A DNA stretch of 55,963 nt from Patescibacteria group bacterium. Lineage in GTDB: Bacteria > Patescibacteriota > Microgenomatia > UBA1406 > GWC2-37-13. Under the pieces are notes generated by a model that saw nothing but the letters and a program-made list of their open reading frames with translations, was not told where the DNA came from and did no database searches. This document shows, piece after piece, positions 28,714-38,201 of this stretch (the first letter of the stretch is position 1; each line of letters opens with the position of its first letter). The stretch is from positions 1 through 55,963 of the forward strand of contig JAOAFI010000019.1 of assembly GCA_026416375.1 (NCBI GenBank). Direction: 5' to 3'. The position numbers and the translations under genes were made by a program.

Positions 28714-29597
28714 CTAGTAGCTAAATATTTTTTAAAATTAATAAAAAAATAAACTAAATAATTAATAAAAAATGGATATTTTAAAGCATAATGTTTTTTA
28801 TAAAAAATAATCATTGAATCATAAAAATAATATTTTGTTTTTTTTCTAATAAACTCATCATCTTTTTTTAATCCAGACATTGATTTTATATGAGTAACTT
28901 GCCACAAAGGATAATAAATTATTTTATATCCTAATTTTTTTATTTGCCAAGCCATCTCAATATCTTCTCCATAAGCAAAATAATCTTCATCAAAACCGCC
29001 TATTTTCTTAATAATTTCTTTTCTTGATAAAAAAAATGCTCCGGTTGGTAAATCTATCTCATGAATTTCATTAATATTCAAATGAATTAAATGATAACCA
29101 CCAAAAATTTTATTTAAAAAAGGAATCTTTAAAAAAATTTTTTCTAAACCAAAAAAATAACTAAAAGAATTCCATAAATTAGGAAAACCTCGATGAGATG
29201 CTGGATCAATTTTTCCATTTTGCAAAACAATTTTAACTGTTAAAGCACCAATATTTTTATAATTTTCCATTAAAAAAATAAGATCATTAAAATCTAATTC
29301 TTTTATAAAAACATCTGAATTCAAATATAAAATATATTTTCCTTTTGTTTTTTTAAAAGCTAAATTATTTGCTTTTACATAACCTATATTTTTATTTAAA
29401 AAAATAGTTTTTAATTCTTTCCATTTGACTAATTCTTTTTTTAAAAAATTAATAGTTCCATCTTTTGAATTATTATCAACAATAATTATTTCGTAATTTA
29501 TAGGGTATTTTTTTAAATTTTTTTTTAAATAAAAAAGATTTTTTTTTAAAATATTTTTAGTATTATAAGATACAATAATAATTGAAAGAAAAATCAT
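28710..29597 (-). CDS. Glycosyltransferase family 2 (WbbL-like)
   Basis: SIIIVSYN, VDNNS.DG, LNSD and GGFDE.YF.YGED. Confidence 0.9.
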   Translation of the reverse strand: MIFLSIIIVSYNTKNILKKNLFYLKKNLKKYPINYEIIIVDNNSKDGTINFLKKELVKWKELKTIFLNKNIGYVKANNLAFKKTKGKYILYLNSDVFIKELDFNDLIFLMENYKNIGALTVKIVLQNGKIDPASHRGFPNLWNSFSYFFGLEKIFLKIPFLNKIFGGYHLIHLNINEIHEIDLPTGAFFLSRKEIIKKIGGFDEDYFAYGEDIEMAWQIKKLGYKIIYYPLWQVTHIKSMSGLKKDDEFIRKKTKYYFYDSMIIFYKKHYALKYPFFINYLVYFFINFKKYLATR

Positions 29598-29614
29598 AAA
29601 ATAAAAAGAGTTTT

Positions 29615-30070
29615 TTAACGTTTTGGTGATTGTTTTTCTCTTCTTGCTTTACCGCCAGTACCAACTTTTCTTCTTTCTTTTTTTCTTGAATCTCTGGTCA
29701 ATAAATTAGCTTTTTTTAATAAAGGTTTGTAATTATTATCAACTAAAATCAATGCTTTAGCTATACCATGAATAATGGCTTCCTTTTGACCATTAAATCC
29801 TCCACCTTTTACAATAATACTTATTGCAAATCTATCTTCGTTATTTGTTATTTTTAAAGGTTTTTTTATTAAATCTCTTTCATAATTTTGAAAAAAAACT
29901 TTTTCTAATGGTTTAAAATTAACAATTATTTCTCCTTTATTTATTTTTACACCATTAATTTCAACATTGTTATTTTTACTATTAATTAAATACAATCTGA
30001 CTCTTGCAATAGATCTTTTTCTTCTTCCTACTGATTCGTAATATTGAATATTTTTTTCTTTTTTTGCCAT
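29615..30070 (-). CDS. rpsI: 30S ribosomal protein S9
   Basis: GRRKRSIARV, GGG..GQ..AI and LTRD.R.KERRK.G...AR...Q..KR. Confidence 0.96.
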   Translation of the reverse strand: MAKKEKNIQYYESVGRRKRSIARVRLYLINSKNNNVEINGVKINKGEIIVNFKPLEKVFFQNYERDLIKKPLKITNNEDRFAISIIVKGGGFNGQKEAIIHGIAKALILVDNNYKPLLKKANLLTRDSRKKERRKVGTGGKARREKQSPKR

Positions 30071-30090
30071 ATTAATAAAATAATATAAAC

Positions 30091-30531
30091 TTATTTAATA
30101 AATTTGTCTTTAAAAGGATGAATATTATCCTTATAAACAAATAGTCTTTTTAATCTTTTATCTCTAAATTTATTTTTAGGAAGCATGCCTGAAACTGCTT
30201 TTTTTAAAATATATTCAGGATTATTATCTATTAAATCATTAACTTTTTTTATTTTTAAACCTCCTGGGTAACCAGAATAACTCGTATATATTTTTGATTG
30301 TCTTTTTTTTCCTGTTAAAATAATATTTTTAGCATTTATAACAACAACATAATCTCCCATATCTAAATAAGAAACATAATTAATTTTATTTTTTCCTTGT
30401 AAAATTTTTGATATTACTGGTGCAATTCTACCTAAAACTTTTCCTTTTGCATCAATTAAATGCCAATTTCTTTTTATTTCTTTTTCTTTAATCGATTTTG
30501 TTTGTTGAGTTATTTTTTTCATTTTCTTCAT
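30091..30531 (-). CDS. rplM: 50S ribosomal protein L13 (start may be 30522)
   Basis: WHLIDA...LGR.A, GDYVVVINA, SGYPGGLK and GMLPKN. Confidence 0.96.
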   Translation of the reverse strand: MKKMKKITQQTKSIKEKEIKRNWHLIDAKGKVLGRIAPVISKILQGKNKINYVSYLDMGDYVVVINAKNIILTGKKRQSKIYTSYSGYPGGLKIKKVNDLIDNNPEYILKKAVSGMLPKNKFRDKRLKRLFVYKDNIHPFKDKFIK

Positions 30532-30955
30532 TTAAATTAACTTTTTTATTACTTTTAATTTTTTTATCTTTATTAGCAATGTTTTTTTCTTTTTTTATAA
30601 TTGGATGAGACCATTCTAATCTTGCTATTAAAGATCCGTCACCGCTTTTTAAATTTTTTTTAATTATTCTTACATAACCTCCAGAAAAATTAGAAAAAGA
30701 CGGAGCTATTTCATCAAATATTTTTTTAACTAATTTATAATTAGATAAATATTTTAACAAATAATTCTTATTAGATTCATTAAAATTCTTTCCTTTATAA
30801 ATTATTCTTTCTAAATGAGATTTTAAAAATTTAGCTTTAGTTAAAGTGGTTTCTATATAACCTACTTTTAAAAAATTAATTATTAATTTTTTTAAAAGCA
30901 TTTTATTTGAATCTTTACCAAAATTAAATTTTTGTTTTTTAACTCTGTGTTTCAT
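30488..30955 (-). CDS. rplQ: 50S ribosomal protein L17 with Lys/Asn-rich C-terminal tail
   Basis: MKHR, I.TT..KAK, GGYVRIIK and GD; follows rpoA. Confidence 0.92.
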   Translation of the reverse strand: MKHRVKKQKFNFGKDSNKMLLKKLIINFLKVGYIETTLTKAKFLKSHLERIIYKGKNFNESNKNYLLKYLSNYKLVKKIFDEIAPSFSNFSGGYVRIIKKNLKSGDGSLIARLEWSHPIIKKEKNIANKDKKIKSNKKVNLNEENEKNNSTNKID

Positions 30956-31872
30956 ATTTTAACATTCATTTTTTTTAACTCCTCATCAATTAATTCTATT
31001 GATTTTTTGCCAACACCTTTCATTTTCATTAATTTATCTCTTCCTGTTTTTATTAAATCAGCAACTGTTTCTATTTTTTCTTTAAGTAAAGCATTTATAA
31101 CTCTAGATGGCAAATTTAATTCATCTATAATTATTTCATAAAGTTTTTTATCTATTTCTTGATTTAAATTTTCTTCTTCTTTTTTATTTTCTGTTTTTAA
31201 ATTATTTTTTTCAGATAAAATATAAGAAAAATATTTAGATAAAATATTACTTGATTCATTTAAAGCATTTGTTGGAGTAACACTTCCATCAGTCCAAATT
31301 TCTATAATTAATCTTTCAAAATTATCTTTTCTTCCAACTCTTGTTTCTTCAACTTTAGTATTTACTTTTCTTATTGGAGAAAAAAATGCATCAACAGCTA
31401 TAAAACCATTTTCTTTATCTTCTCTTTCTTCTGCTGTTAAATAACCATAACCAACCTCAACAATTGCTTCAATATACAAACTTGCTTTATCATCTGTCAA
31501 TTCAGCTATATACAAATCTTCATTAATTGGTTTAATTTCTCCATTAAAATCTTTAGCGTAAACTTTCTTTGATCCAGAAACATCAAGATATATCTTGAAC
31601 TTTTTTTGCTCTCCTGAATATTTAAATTTAAGTTGTTTTATATTCATTATTATCTCTAAAACAGATTCTTTTACTCCTTTTATTGTTGAAAAAATATGAG
31701 GAACTCCATCAACTTTAATTTGAGTAACAGCTAAACCTCTTAAAGAAGAAAGAATTGTTCTTCTTAAAGAATTTGCTAAACTATGACCAAAACTTAAAGG
31801 TAAAGGTTCTATAATAAATTTTCCATAATTATCTTCTTCGAATTTTTTAATAAAAAAATTTGGTTCTAACAT
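30952..31872 (-). CDS. rpoA: RNA polymerase subunit alpha
   Basis: EPL..GHSLANSLRR.ILS, GV.E.VLEI, VDA.FSP and an alpha-CTD (I.EL.L..R..N.L). Confidence 0.97.
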   Translation of the reverse strand: MLEPNFFIKKFEEDNYGKFIIEPLPLSFGHSLANSLRRTILSSLRGLAVTQIKVDGVPHIFSTIKGVKESVLEIIMNIKQLKFKYSGEQKKFKIYLDVSGSKKVYAKDFNGEIKPINEDLYIAELTDDKASLYIEAIVEVGYGYLTAEEREDKENGFIAVDAFFSPIRKVNTKVEETRVGRKDNFERLIIEIWTDGSVTPTNALNESSNILSKYFSYILSEKNNLKTENKKEEENLNQEIDKKLYEIIIDELNLPSRVINALLKEKIETVADLIKTGRDKLMKMKGVGKKSIELIDEELKKMNVKI

Positions 31873-31896
31873 AAAAATATAAAAACTTATAATAAA

Positions 31897-32520
31897 TTAT
31901 TTTGAATAATATTCAATTATTAATCTTAAATTTACTTGTTTTAAAATTTCATCAGAATTTGGCAAAGAAATTAATTTTCCCACATTATTATTATTTCTTT
32001 CAAGCCATGGTGGAATTATTAAATCTTTATTATTTAAAGATTTTTCAATATATGGAATTTTAGTTGTTTTTTCATTTGAAAAACTAATCTCATCGTTTAA
32101 TCTTACCTGATATGAAGGTATATTCATTTTTTTACCATTAATTAATATGTGTCCATGAGTTATTAATTGTCTAGCTGAATTTCTAGTTGGCGCAAAACCT
32201 AATCTATATAAAATGTTATCTAATCTTAATTCCAAAAATTGTGATAAATATAAAGCTGTATTTCCTTTTTTTAAACTTGATTTTTTAAAATATTTTTTTA
32301 ATTGTTTTTCATTAATACAAAAAATATGTTTTAATTTTTGTTTTTCTTTTAATTGAATTCCTCTTTCTGATATTTTTTTTCTTTTTTTGTTTCCATGTTG
32401 TCCTGGAGGAATGTTAATTTTTTTTAATAATCTAGCATAACTTTTTGTTCCAGGAGTTTTTAAACCAAGATCAACGCCTATTTGTCTTGCAATTCTATTT
32501 TTTGGACCTATATATCTCAT
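31897..32520 (-). CDS. rpsD: 30S ribosomal protein S4
   Basis: RYIGP, PPGQHG, QL.EKQK and LELRLDN..YRLGFA.TR..ARQL..HGH. Confidence 0.97.
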   Translation of the reverse strand: MRYIGPKNRIARQIGVDLGLKTPGTKSYARLLKKINIPPGQHGNKKRKKISERGIQLKEKQKLKHIFCINEKQLKKYFKKSSLKKGNTALYLSQFLELRLDNILYRLGFAPTRNSARQLITHGHILINGKKMNIPSYQVRLNDEISFSNEKTTKIPYIEKSLNNKDLIIPPWLERNNNNVGKLISLPNSDEILKQVNLRLIIEYYSK

Positions 32521-32531
32521 AATAAAATAAA

Positions 32532-32909
32532 TTAAACTCTCCTTATTTTAGGAGGTCTAACACCGTTATGAGGAATAGGAGTAATATCTATTATCCTATT
32601 TACCTCTATATTAGAACTTTTAATTGATCTTAAAGCTGCTTCTCTTCCAGGACCAATACCTTTTATAAAAATATCTGCTGTTGAAAAACCATGATTTTCT
32701 ACTGCTTTTTTAATAGCTGATTCCATAGTTACTGTTGCTGCATGAGGAGTAGATTTTCTTGTACCAGAAAAACCATGCATTCCACATGATTCGACAAGCA
32801 AAACATTTCCTTTTTCATCAGTAATCGTAATTATTGTATTATTAAAAGTTGCTGTGATATATATTTTTCCTTTTTCAACGATTTTTTTTAATTGTTTTTT
32901 ATTCTTCAT
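32532..32909 (-). CDS. rpsK: 30S ribosomal protein S11
   Basis: TFNNTI, GF.GTRKSTP, KG.GPGRE and D.TPIPHNG.RPPK.RRV. Confidence 0.97.
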   Translation of the reverse strand: MKNKKQLKKIVEKGKIYITATFNNTIITITDEKGNVLLVESCGMHGFSGTRKSTPHAATVTMESAIKKAVENHGFSTADIFIKGIGPGREAALRSIKSSNIEVNRIIDITPIPHNGVRPPKIRRV

Positions 32910-32937
32910 ATTTATTAAAATGATAAATAAAAATTAA

Positions 32938-33360
32938 TTATTTAGATTGTTGATTACTTGCTGATTTATTTGCTTCAAGTTTTGCCCAAGCTTCTTTTCT
33001 TAATGCTCCAACAGTTTTTCTTTTTCCTCTTTTAGTCCTTGCGTTTGATTTTGTTCTTTGACCTCTAACAGGTAAATTTCTAATATGTCTTATGCCTCTA
33101 TAACTTCCAATTTCTTTTAATCTTTTTATATTTTCATTAATTTCTTCTCTTAGATCACCTTCTATTTTATAATTTTTTTCAATAAAATCAGTTATTTTTT
33201 TAAAATTTTCTTCATTTATTTCTTTAACTTTAGTTTTTGGATCAATATTAACAGATTTTAAAATATTATAAACATTTTTCCATCCTATTCCATATATTAA
33301 AGTTAAAGCATAATCTATTCTCTTATCATCCGGCAATGTAATACCAAAAATTCTAACCAT
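32938..33360 (-). CDS. rpsM: 30S ribosomal protein S13
   Basis: ALT.IYGIG, EGDLR and YRG.RH...LPVRGQRTK.NARTKRG. Confidence 0.97.
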   Translation of the reverse strand: MVRIFGITLPDDKRIDYALTLIYGIGWKNVYNILKSVNIDPKTKVKEINEENFKKITDFIEKNYKIEGDLREEINENIKRLKEIGSYRGIRHIRNLPVRGQRTKSNARTKRGKRKTVGALRKEAWAKLEANKSASNQQSK

Positions 33361-33366
33361 ATTTAT

Positions 33367-33480
33367 TTAAGCTTGTTTTTGTTTATGTTTAACGTTTAAA
33401 CATATAATATATAATCTACCTTTTCTTTTAACCAATTTACATTTTGGACATATTTTTTTAATTGATGAAACAATTTTCAT
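33367..33480 (-). CDS. rpmJ: 50S ribosomal protein L36 (not in the ORF track; Zn-binding form)
   Basis: Hand translation gives [41 protein letters not shown] overlap with infA at the canonical position. Confidence 0.95.
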   Translation of the reverse strand: MKIVSSIKKICPKCKLVKRKGRLYIICLNVKHKQKQA

Positions 33481-33692
33481 ATTCTATAAATTATTCTTCC
33501 CCGGTTTAAATCATAAGGTGTTATTTCAACTTTTACCTTATCTCCGGGTAAAATCTTAATATAATTTTTTCTCATTTTTCCAGATAAATAACATAAAATA
33601 ATCTTATCAGAATTAAATATTTTAACTTTAAATAAAGTGTTGGGAAGATTCTCTATTATTTCTCCCTCAACTATTATAATATTACTTTTCAT
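33477..33692 (-). CDS. infA: Translation initiation factor IF-1
   Basis: E.LPN..F.V...[29 protein letters not shown]. Confidence 0.97.
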   Translation of the reverse strand: MKSNIIIVEGEIIENLPNTLFKVKIFNSDKIILCYLSGKMRKNYIKILPGDKVKVEITPYDLNRGRIIYRI

Positions 33693-33715
33693 AAAAAATA
33701 TATTTTACCATATTT

Positions 33716-34468
33716 TTATGTCAAAACCAATACTTGTTTTTTAGTTACAGCAATTGTATGTTCAAAACAAGCCGATAAACTTCTATCGGCAGTAATAATA
33801 GACCAATTATTATCCTTTTCATATGCTATTTCTTCAGTTCCCATAGAATAAATCACTTCTATAGCTATTGTCAATCCCGGTTTAATAATTAATGTTTTTT
33901 CTGTTGGTCTTTCTCTAAAATTAAAAACATAAGGTTCCATATGAAGCTCTTTTCCTATTCCATGACCAGTTAATTCTTTTAAAATAAAAAAACCGTTTTT
34001 TTCAATCTTATCTTGTATTGTCTCTGAAATTTTTCCTAATCTTTCTCCTACTTTAATTTTTTTTATAGCTTCATATAATGCTTCTTTGCCTGTTTCTAAA
34101 AAGAAATTTATTTTTTTATTATTATTTGTTCCAATAACAAAAGTTGTTGCGTAATCTGTATGATAACCACCAAAATACATACCAATATCTAAAGTCAAAA
34201 CATCTCCTTCTTTTAATATTCTTTTTGAAGGAGGAGTATGAACTGCTTGCTCATTAACAGGCAAACAAGTCGACCAATAATAATTTTTTACAGTTTTAAA
34301 AGATGGTTTTCCTCCTTCTCTTAAGATTAATTCTTCTGCTTCTTCATCTATTTGTTCTGTTGTTATGTTTTTTTTTATTTTTAGCAATAATGACTGAACA
34401 ACTCTTTTTAATCTTTTTCCTCCTTCAATCATTATTTTTATTTCTTCTTCTGTTTTTAAATTTATCAT
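33716..34468 (-). CDS. map: Methionine aminopeptidase type I
   Basis: C..VNE..VH, LDIG......TD, GHGIG..LH.EP, AIE and FEHT. Confidence 0.95.
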   Translation of the reverse strand: MINLKTEEEIKIMIEGGKRLKRVVQSLLLKIKKNITTEQIDEEAEELILREGGKPSFKTVKNYYWSTCLPVNEQAVHTPPSKRILKEGDVLTLDIGMYFGGYHTDYATTFVIGTNNNKKINFFLETGKEALYEAIKKIKVGERLGKISETIQDKIEKNGFFILKELTGHGIGKELHMEPYVFNFRERPTEKTLIIKPGLTIAIEVIYSMGTEEIAYEKDNNWSIITADRSLSACFEHTIAVTKKQVLVLT

Positions 34469-35595
34469 TCTGTATAATAAATAATTCTAAAAACCTCTTC
34501 TAATTTATCATGAAAATCTTCAACTGAAAAATTATTTTTTACCAAAAAATCAGCATATGCAATAGTTGGCCCCATATTTATATCAATTAATTCATCAATA
34601 TCTCTTTTTTCTCCGTAAAGTTTATTTCTATCTTTCCTTTGTGATAATCTTTTTCTTCTTAATTCTTTATCAGCATAAATTGCTAATAAATATATTTTAA
34701 ATTTAGGAAAAGTTTTTTTTAAATAAAGATATTCTTCCCAAGATCTTAATCCATCAATAACAACAATCATCTCTTTTTCTAATGCTTCTTTTATTTTTTT
34801 TTCATTCATAATCGCTAAAGCTGCCATTCCATATTTTTCTCTTAATTCCATTCTTACTTTTTTATGAATTTCTTCTATATGAGGTAATTTATTTTTTTCA
34901 ATATATTCATTAATTATTTTTCCAAAAGAAATAACTTTTATTCCTTTGTTTTTAAAAAAATTAGCTGCATCAGTTTTGCCTGCTCCAGGCAATCCAACAA
35001 TAGCTATAATTTTTTTATTTTTAATTTTCCAATTTTTTATTTTGTTTTTAATTAATTGTTTACCTAAATTTTTTAATATTTGTTCGTTAACTTTTTCTAT
35101 TGTTTGAGTTCCATCTATCTCTATTAGTTTTTTTTCATCACGATAATAGTCTAAAACAGGAATAGTAAATTTTTTAAATTGTTCAATTCTTTTTTTTATT
35201 GCTGGAATTGTTTCATCTGCTCTTTCTTCATTATTTCTATAAACTAATCTATAAATAGCTTCTTTTTCGGGAATTTCTAAATAAATTACTTTATCAACAT
35301 TATTTATAAATTTTTTTGCTTGATAAACAGTTCTTGGGAAACCATCTAAAATATATCCTTTTTTGTACTCCGGTCTTTTTAAATAAGAATTAACTATTTC
35401 AATAGTTTTATCATCAGGCACAAGTATTCCGCTATTTATTATTACTTTAATATATTGACCTAATTTAGTTTTTTCTTTTGCTAATTGTCTAAAAATATGA
35501 CCAGTTGAAAGATAAGGAATATTTAATTGTTTAGATAAAAGATTTCCTTGAGTTGATTTTCCTGATCCTTGTATTCCGATTAAAACTAATTTCAT
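34465..35595 (-). CDS. adk: Adenylate kinase fused to a second P-loop (dephospho-CoA kinase/UPF0200-like) domain
   Basis: Domain 1 has GIQGSGKSTQ, STG.IFR, G.LVPD, LDGFPR and R.DE. Domain 2 has IAIVGLPGAGKT, LREKYG, VIDGLRS.EE and AD..V.NN. Confidence 0.88.
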   Translation of the reverse strand: MKLVLIGIQGSGKSTQGNLLSKQLNIPYLSTGHIFRQLAKEKTKLGQYIKVIINSGILVPDDKTIEIVNSYLKRPEYKKGYILDGFPRTVYQAKKFINNVDKVIYLEIPEKEAIYRLVYRNNEERADETIPAIKKRIEQFKKFTIPVLDYYRDEKKLIEIDGTQTIEKVNEQILKNLGKQLIKNKIKNWKIKNKKIIAIVGLPGAGKTDAANFFKNKGIKVISFGKIINEYIEKNKLPHIEEIHKKVRMELREKYGMAALAIMNEKKIKEALEKEMIVVIDGLRSWEEYLYLKKTFPKFKIYLLAIYADKELRRKRLSQRKDRNKLYGEKRDIDELIDINMGPTIAYADFLVKNNFSVEDFHDKLEEVFRIIYYTE

Positions 35596-35606
35596 ATTTT
35601 TATAAT

Positions 35607-35780
35607 TTAATCTAATTTTTTTGTTTCTTTATGAATTTGGTGTTTTTTACATTTTTTACAATATTTTTTTAATTTTATTGGTGTTGTTACTGTTAATTTA
35701 TTTTTGCTAATAACATAATTAACAGAACTACAAGAATCACAAACTAAACCAATTAAAATCCTTGAACCTTTTTTTGCCAT
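35607..35780 (-). CDS. rpmG: 50S ribosomal protein L33 (not in the ORF track; Zn-binding form)
   Basis: Hand translation gives MAKKGSRILIGLVCDSCSSVNYVISKNKLTVTTPIKLKKYCKKCKKHQIHKETKKLD*. Confidence 0.94.
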   Translation of the reverse strand: MAKKGSRILIGLVCDSCSSVNYVISKNKLTVTTPIKLKKYCKKCKKHQIHKETKKLD

Positions 35781-35788
35781 ATTTTTAT

Positions 35789-37075
35789 TTATTTTATAAA
35801 CTTATCATAATTTTTCATTACTAATTGAGCTTCTATCATTTTAAAAGTTTCTAAAATTACTGAAACAACAATTAATATTCCAGTTCCTCCAATAATTAAA
35901 TTATTAATACCTGTAATTTTTGACATAATAACAGGCAAAATTGCAATTAAACCTAAAAATAAAGCTCCAACGCTAGTTATTTTATAAACAACATTATTTA
36001 AAAATTCTTTAGTAGCTGTTCCTGGTCTTATTCCCGGTATAAATCCTCCATTTTTTTGAATTTCTTCACTAATTTTTTGAGGATTAAAAACTATAATTGT
36101 ATAAAAATAAGTAAAACCAACAACTAAAAAAAAGTAAATAAAATTATAAAAAAATCCTGTTGGTGAAAAAAAATTAACAAGAAATTTTCCAATTGAAACA
36201 ATTATTTGATTTTTAAAATTAACAAAAAAATTGCCAACAATTTGAGGAAATAAAACAAAAGAAACAGCAAAAATAATAGGAATAACTCCTGCTTGATTTA
36301 ATTTTAAAGGTAAATAAGTATTAGCTGCCTGATACATTTTATTACCTTTAATTCTTTTAGCATAAAAAATAGGTATTTTTCTTATTGCTTCATTTATAAA
36401 AACAACTCCCGAAATAACAAATAAAGAAAGAATTAAAAAAAACAAAATATTAAAAAACATTTCTTGATTAATTATTGTTATTGTTTTTGAAAAAACAACA
36501 GGCAAACGACCAACAATTCCTGATAATATCAAAAGAGATATTCCATTTCCAAGACCATATTCAGATATTAATTCTCCAAACCAAACTAAAATAAAAGTTC
36601 CTGCTGATATTGTCAAAACAAAAGATAAAAATTCAATAAAATTTAAATTATTAATAATATTTTGATTTCTTAAAAAAACATATATTCCAATTGCTTGAAT
36701 TATAGTTAAAGGAAGAGTTAAAATTCTTGTATATTGATTAATTTTATATTTTCCATATTCTCCTTCTTTTGCAAGTTGTTCAAGCTGAGGAAATAAAATA
36801 GTCATTAATTGAAAAATTATGGAAGCATTAATATAAGGATTAAGACCTAAAGCCATGACTGAAAAATTAATAAGAGTTCCTCCAGAAAAAATATCTAAAA
36901 GTGATAAAAATTGATTATTTGAAAATAAAATTCTTAATTTTTCAAGATTAATAGCTGGTACAGGCAAAAAAGAAAAAATTCTAAAGATAAAAAAAACAAT
37001 CAAAGTAAAATAAATTTTATTTCTTAAGTTTTTGTCTGAAAAAATAAACTTAATTTGTCTTATTATTTTTTCCAT
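35789..37075 (-). CDS. secY: Preprotein translocase subunit SecY
   Basis: About 10 TMs, [35 protein letters not shown] and [10 protein letters not shown]. Confidence 0.97.
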   Translation of the reverse strand: MEKIIRQIKFIFSDKNLRNKIYFTLIVFFIFRIFSFLPVPAINLEKLRILFSNNQFLSLLDIFSGGTLINFSVMALGLNPYINASIIFQLMTILFPQLEQLAKEGEYGKYKINQYTRILTLPLTIIQAIGIYVFLRNQNIINNLNFIEFLSFVLTISAGTFILVWFGELISEYGLGNGISLLILSGIVGRLPVVFSKTITIINQEMFFNILFFLILSLFVISGVVFINEAIRKIPIFYAKRIKGNKMYQAANTYLPLKLNQAGVIPIIFAVSFVLFPQIVGNFFVNFKNQIIVSIGKFLVNFFSPTGFFYNFIYFFLVVGFTYFYTIIVFNPQKISEEIQKNGGFIPGIRPGTATKEFLNNVVYKITSVGALFLGLIAILPVIMSKITGINNLIIGGTGILIVVSVILETFKMIEAQLVMKNYDKFIK

Positions 37076-37322
37076 AAAAAATTTTTTTCTTTAATTTTTT
37101 ATTAATTTTTGATTTATTTTTTCCTTTCCCTCTAAGTAACGGAAATTTTTTAATCATTCTTCCCTGGCCTCCTTCAAAATGAAGAGGAATTTTTTCTCTT
37201 GCTTTTTGATGTCTGGTAATACCTCTTCCTGATTTTGCTCCTTTGCCGCTTCCTAACCCTCTTCCTAATCTTTTTTTATTTTTATTTACAATTTTTGGCA
37301 ATTTGCTTAAAAAATTAAACAT
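37050..37322 (-). CDS. rplO: 50S ribosomal protein L15, C-terminally truncated (90 aa)
   Basis: KRLGRG.GSGKG..SGRG...Q.AR....FEGGQ...K.P..RG present; the globular C-domain is absent. Confidence 0.88.
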   Translation of the reverse strand: MFNFLSKLPKIVNKNKKRLGRGLGSGKGAKSGRGITRHQKAREKIPLHFEGGQGRMIKKFPLLRGKGKNKSKINKKLKKKIFYGKNNKTN

Positions 37323-37324
37323 AT

Positions 37325-37807
37325 TTATTTTTTATTATTAATTAATTTATATTTTTTTGATAAAATATTTAAAGCTTTAATTACAGCATAAGCATTAGCT
37401 ATTTGATTTCTTGATCCGATTATTTTTCCAGAGGCATTTTCAACTCCGACTAAATCAAGCAAAATTCTTGCAACACTACCAACTTTTAAACCTGTTCCTT
37501 CTGGCGCTGGCTTTAATAAAATTTTCGCAGATTTAAATTTATAAATAATTTCAAAAGGAATTGTTTTTTTAACAATAGGAATATTAATCAAATGCTTTTT
37601 TGCATAATTAGAAGCTTTTTGAATTGCTGGAGGAACCTCTAATGATCTGCCAATACCAATTCCAAGATTTCCTTTTTTATCTCCTACTGCAACTAATGCT
37701 GAAAAAGTTATATAATTTCCTCCTGGAATTTTTTTTGAAACTCTTCTTATCAAAAGAACCTTTTCTTCAAATTTTTTTTCTTGATTTTTATTTTGTTCTT
37801 CAATCAT
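37325..37807 (-). CDS. rpsE: 30S ribosomal protein S5
   Basis: RVSK...GG...FSALV.VGD, EVP.AI.KA and KPAPEGTG. Confidence 0.96.
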   Translation of the reverse strand: MIEEQNKNQEKKFEEKVLLIRRVSKKIPGGNYITFSALVAVGDKKGNLGIGIGRSLEVPPAIQKASNYAKKHLINIPIVKKTIPFEIIYKFKSAKILLKPAPEGTGLKVGSVARILLDLVGVENASGKIIGSRNQIANAYAVIKALNILSKKYKLINNKK

Positions 37808-37837
37808 AATTTTATTTTTTTTAATTTAAATTATTAA

Positions 37838-38179
37838 TTAAATTTTTATTCCGCTTTCTCTTAAGCCTTCTGCTAATGCCTTAACTCTTCCTTTATAAAC
37901 ATAAATATTTCTATCAAAAACAGCTGTTTTTATTTTTTTTTCAATTAATTTTTTTCCTAAATCAAGACCCACTTTCTTTGCTTGTTCTGTTTTTTTATCT
38001 TTTGGTAACTTTAAACTTGATGATGAAACAATAGTTACTTTATCTTTATCATTAATTGCTTGAGCATAAATATATTTGTTTGATCTAAAAACAGAAATTC
38101 TTGGTTTTGAAAATGTTCCTTTTATTTTAGAACTTATTCTTCTTTTTTTTCTTATTTTTTTATCTAAATTAATTTTCAT
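37838..38179 (-). CDS. rplR: 50S ribosomal protein L18
   Basis: PR.SVFRSNKYIYAQ.I.D and VFDR..Y.Y.GRVKALAEG.RE.G. Confidence 0.96.
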   Translation of the reverse strand: MKINLDKKIRKKRRISSKIKGTFSKPRISVFRSNKYIYAQAINDKDKVTIVSSSSLKLPKDKKTEQAKKVGLDLGKKLIEKKIKTAVFDRNIYVYKGRVKALAEGLRESGIKI

Positions 38180-38201
38180 AATTAATTAAATTAAAAAATT
38201 A

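Noticed and set aside
37322-37325. Absence of rpmD (uL30) as a novelty
   Set aside because: It is real but an established CPR trait, so I used it only as taxonomic evidence.
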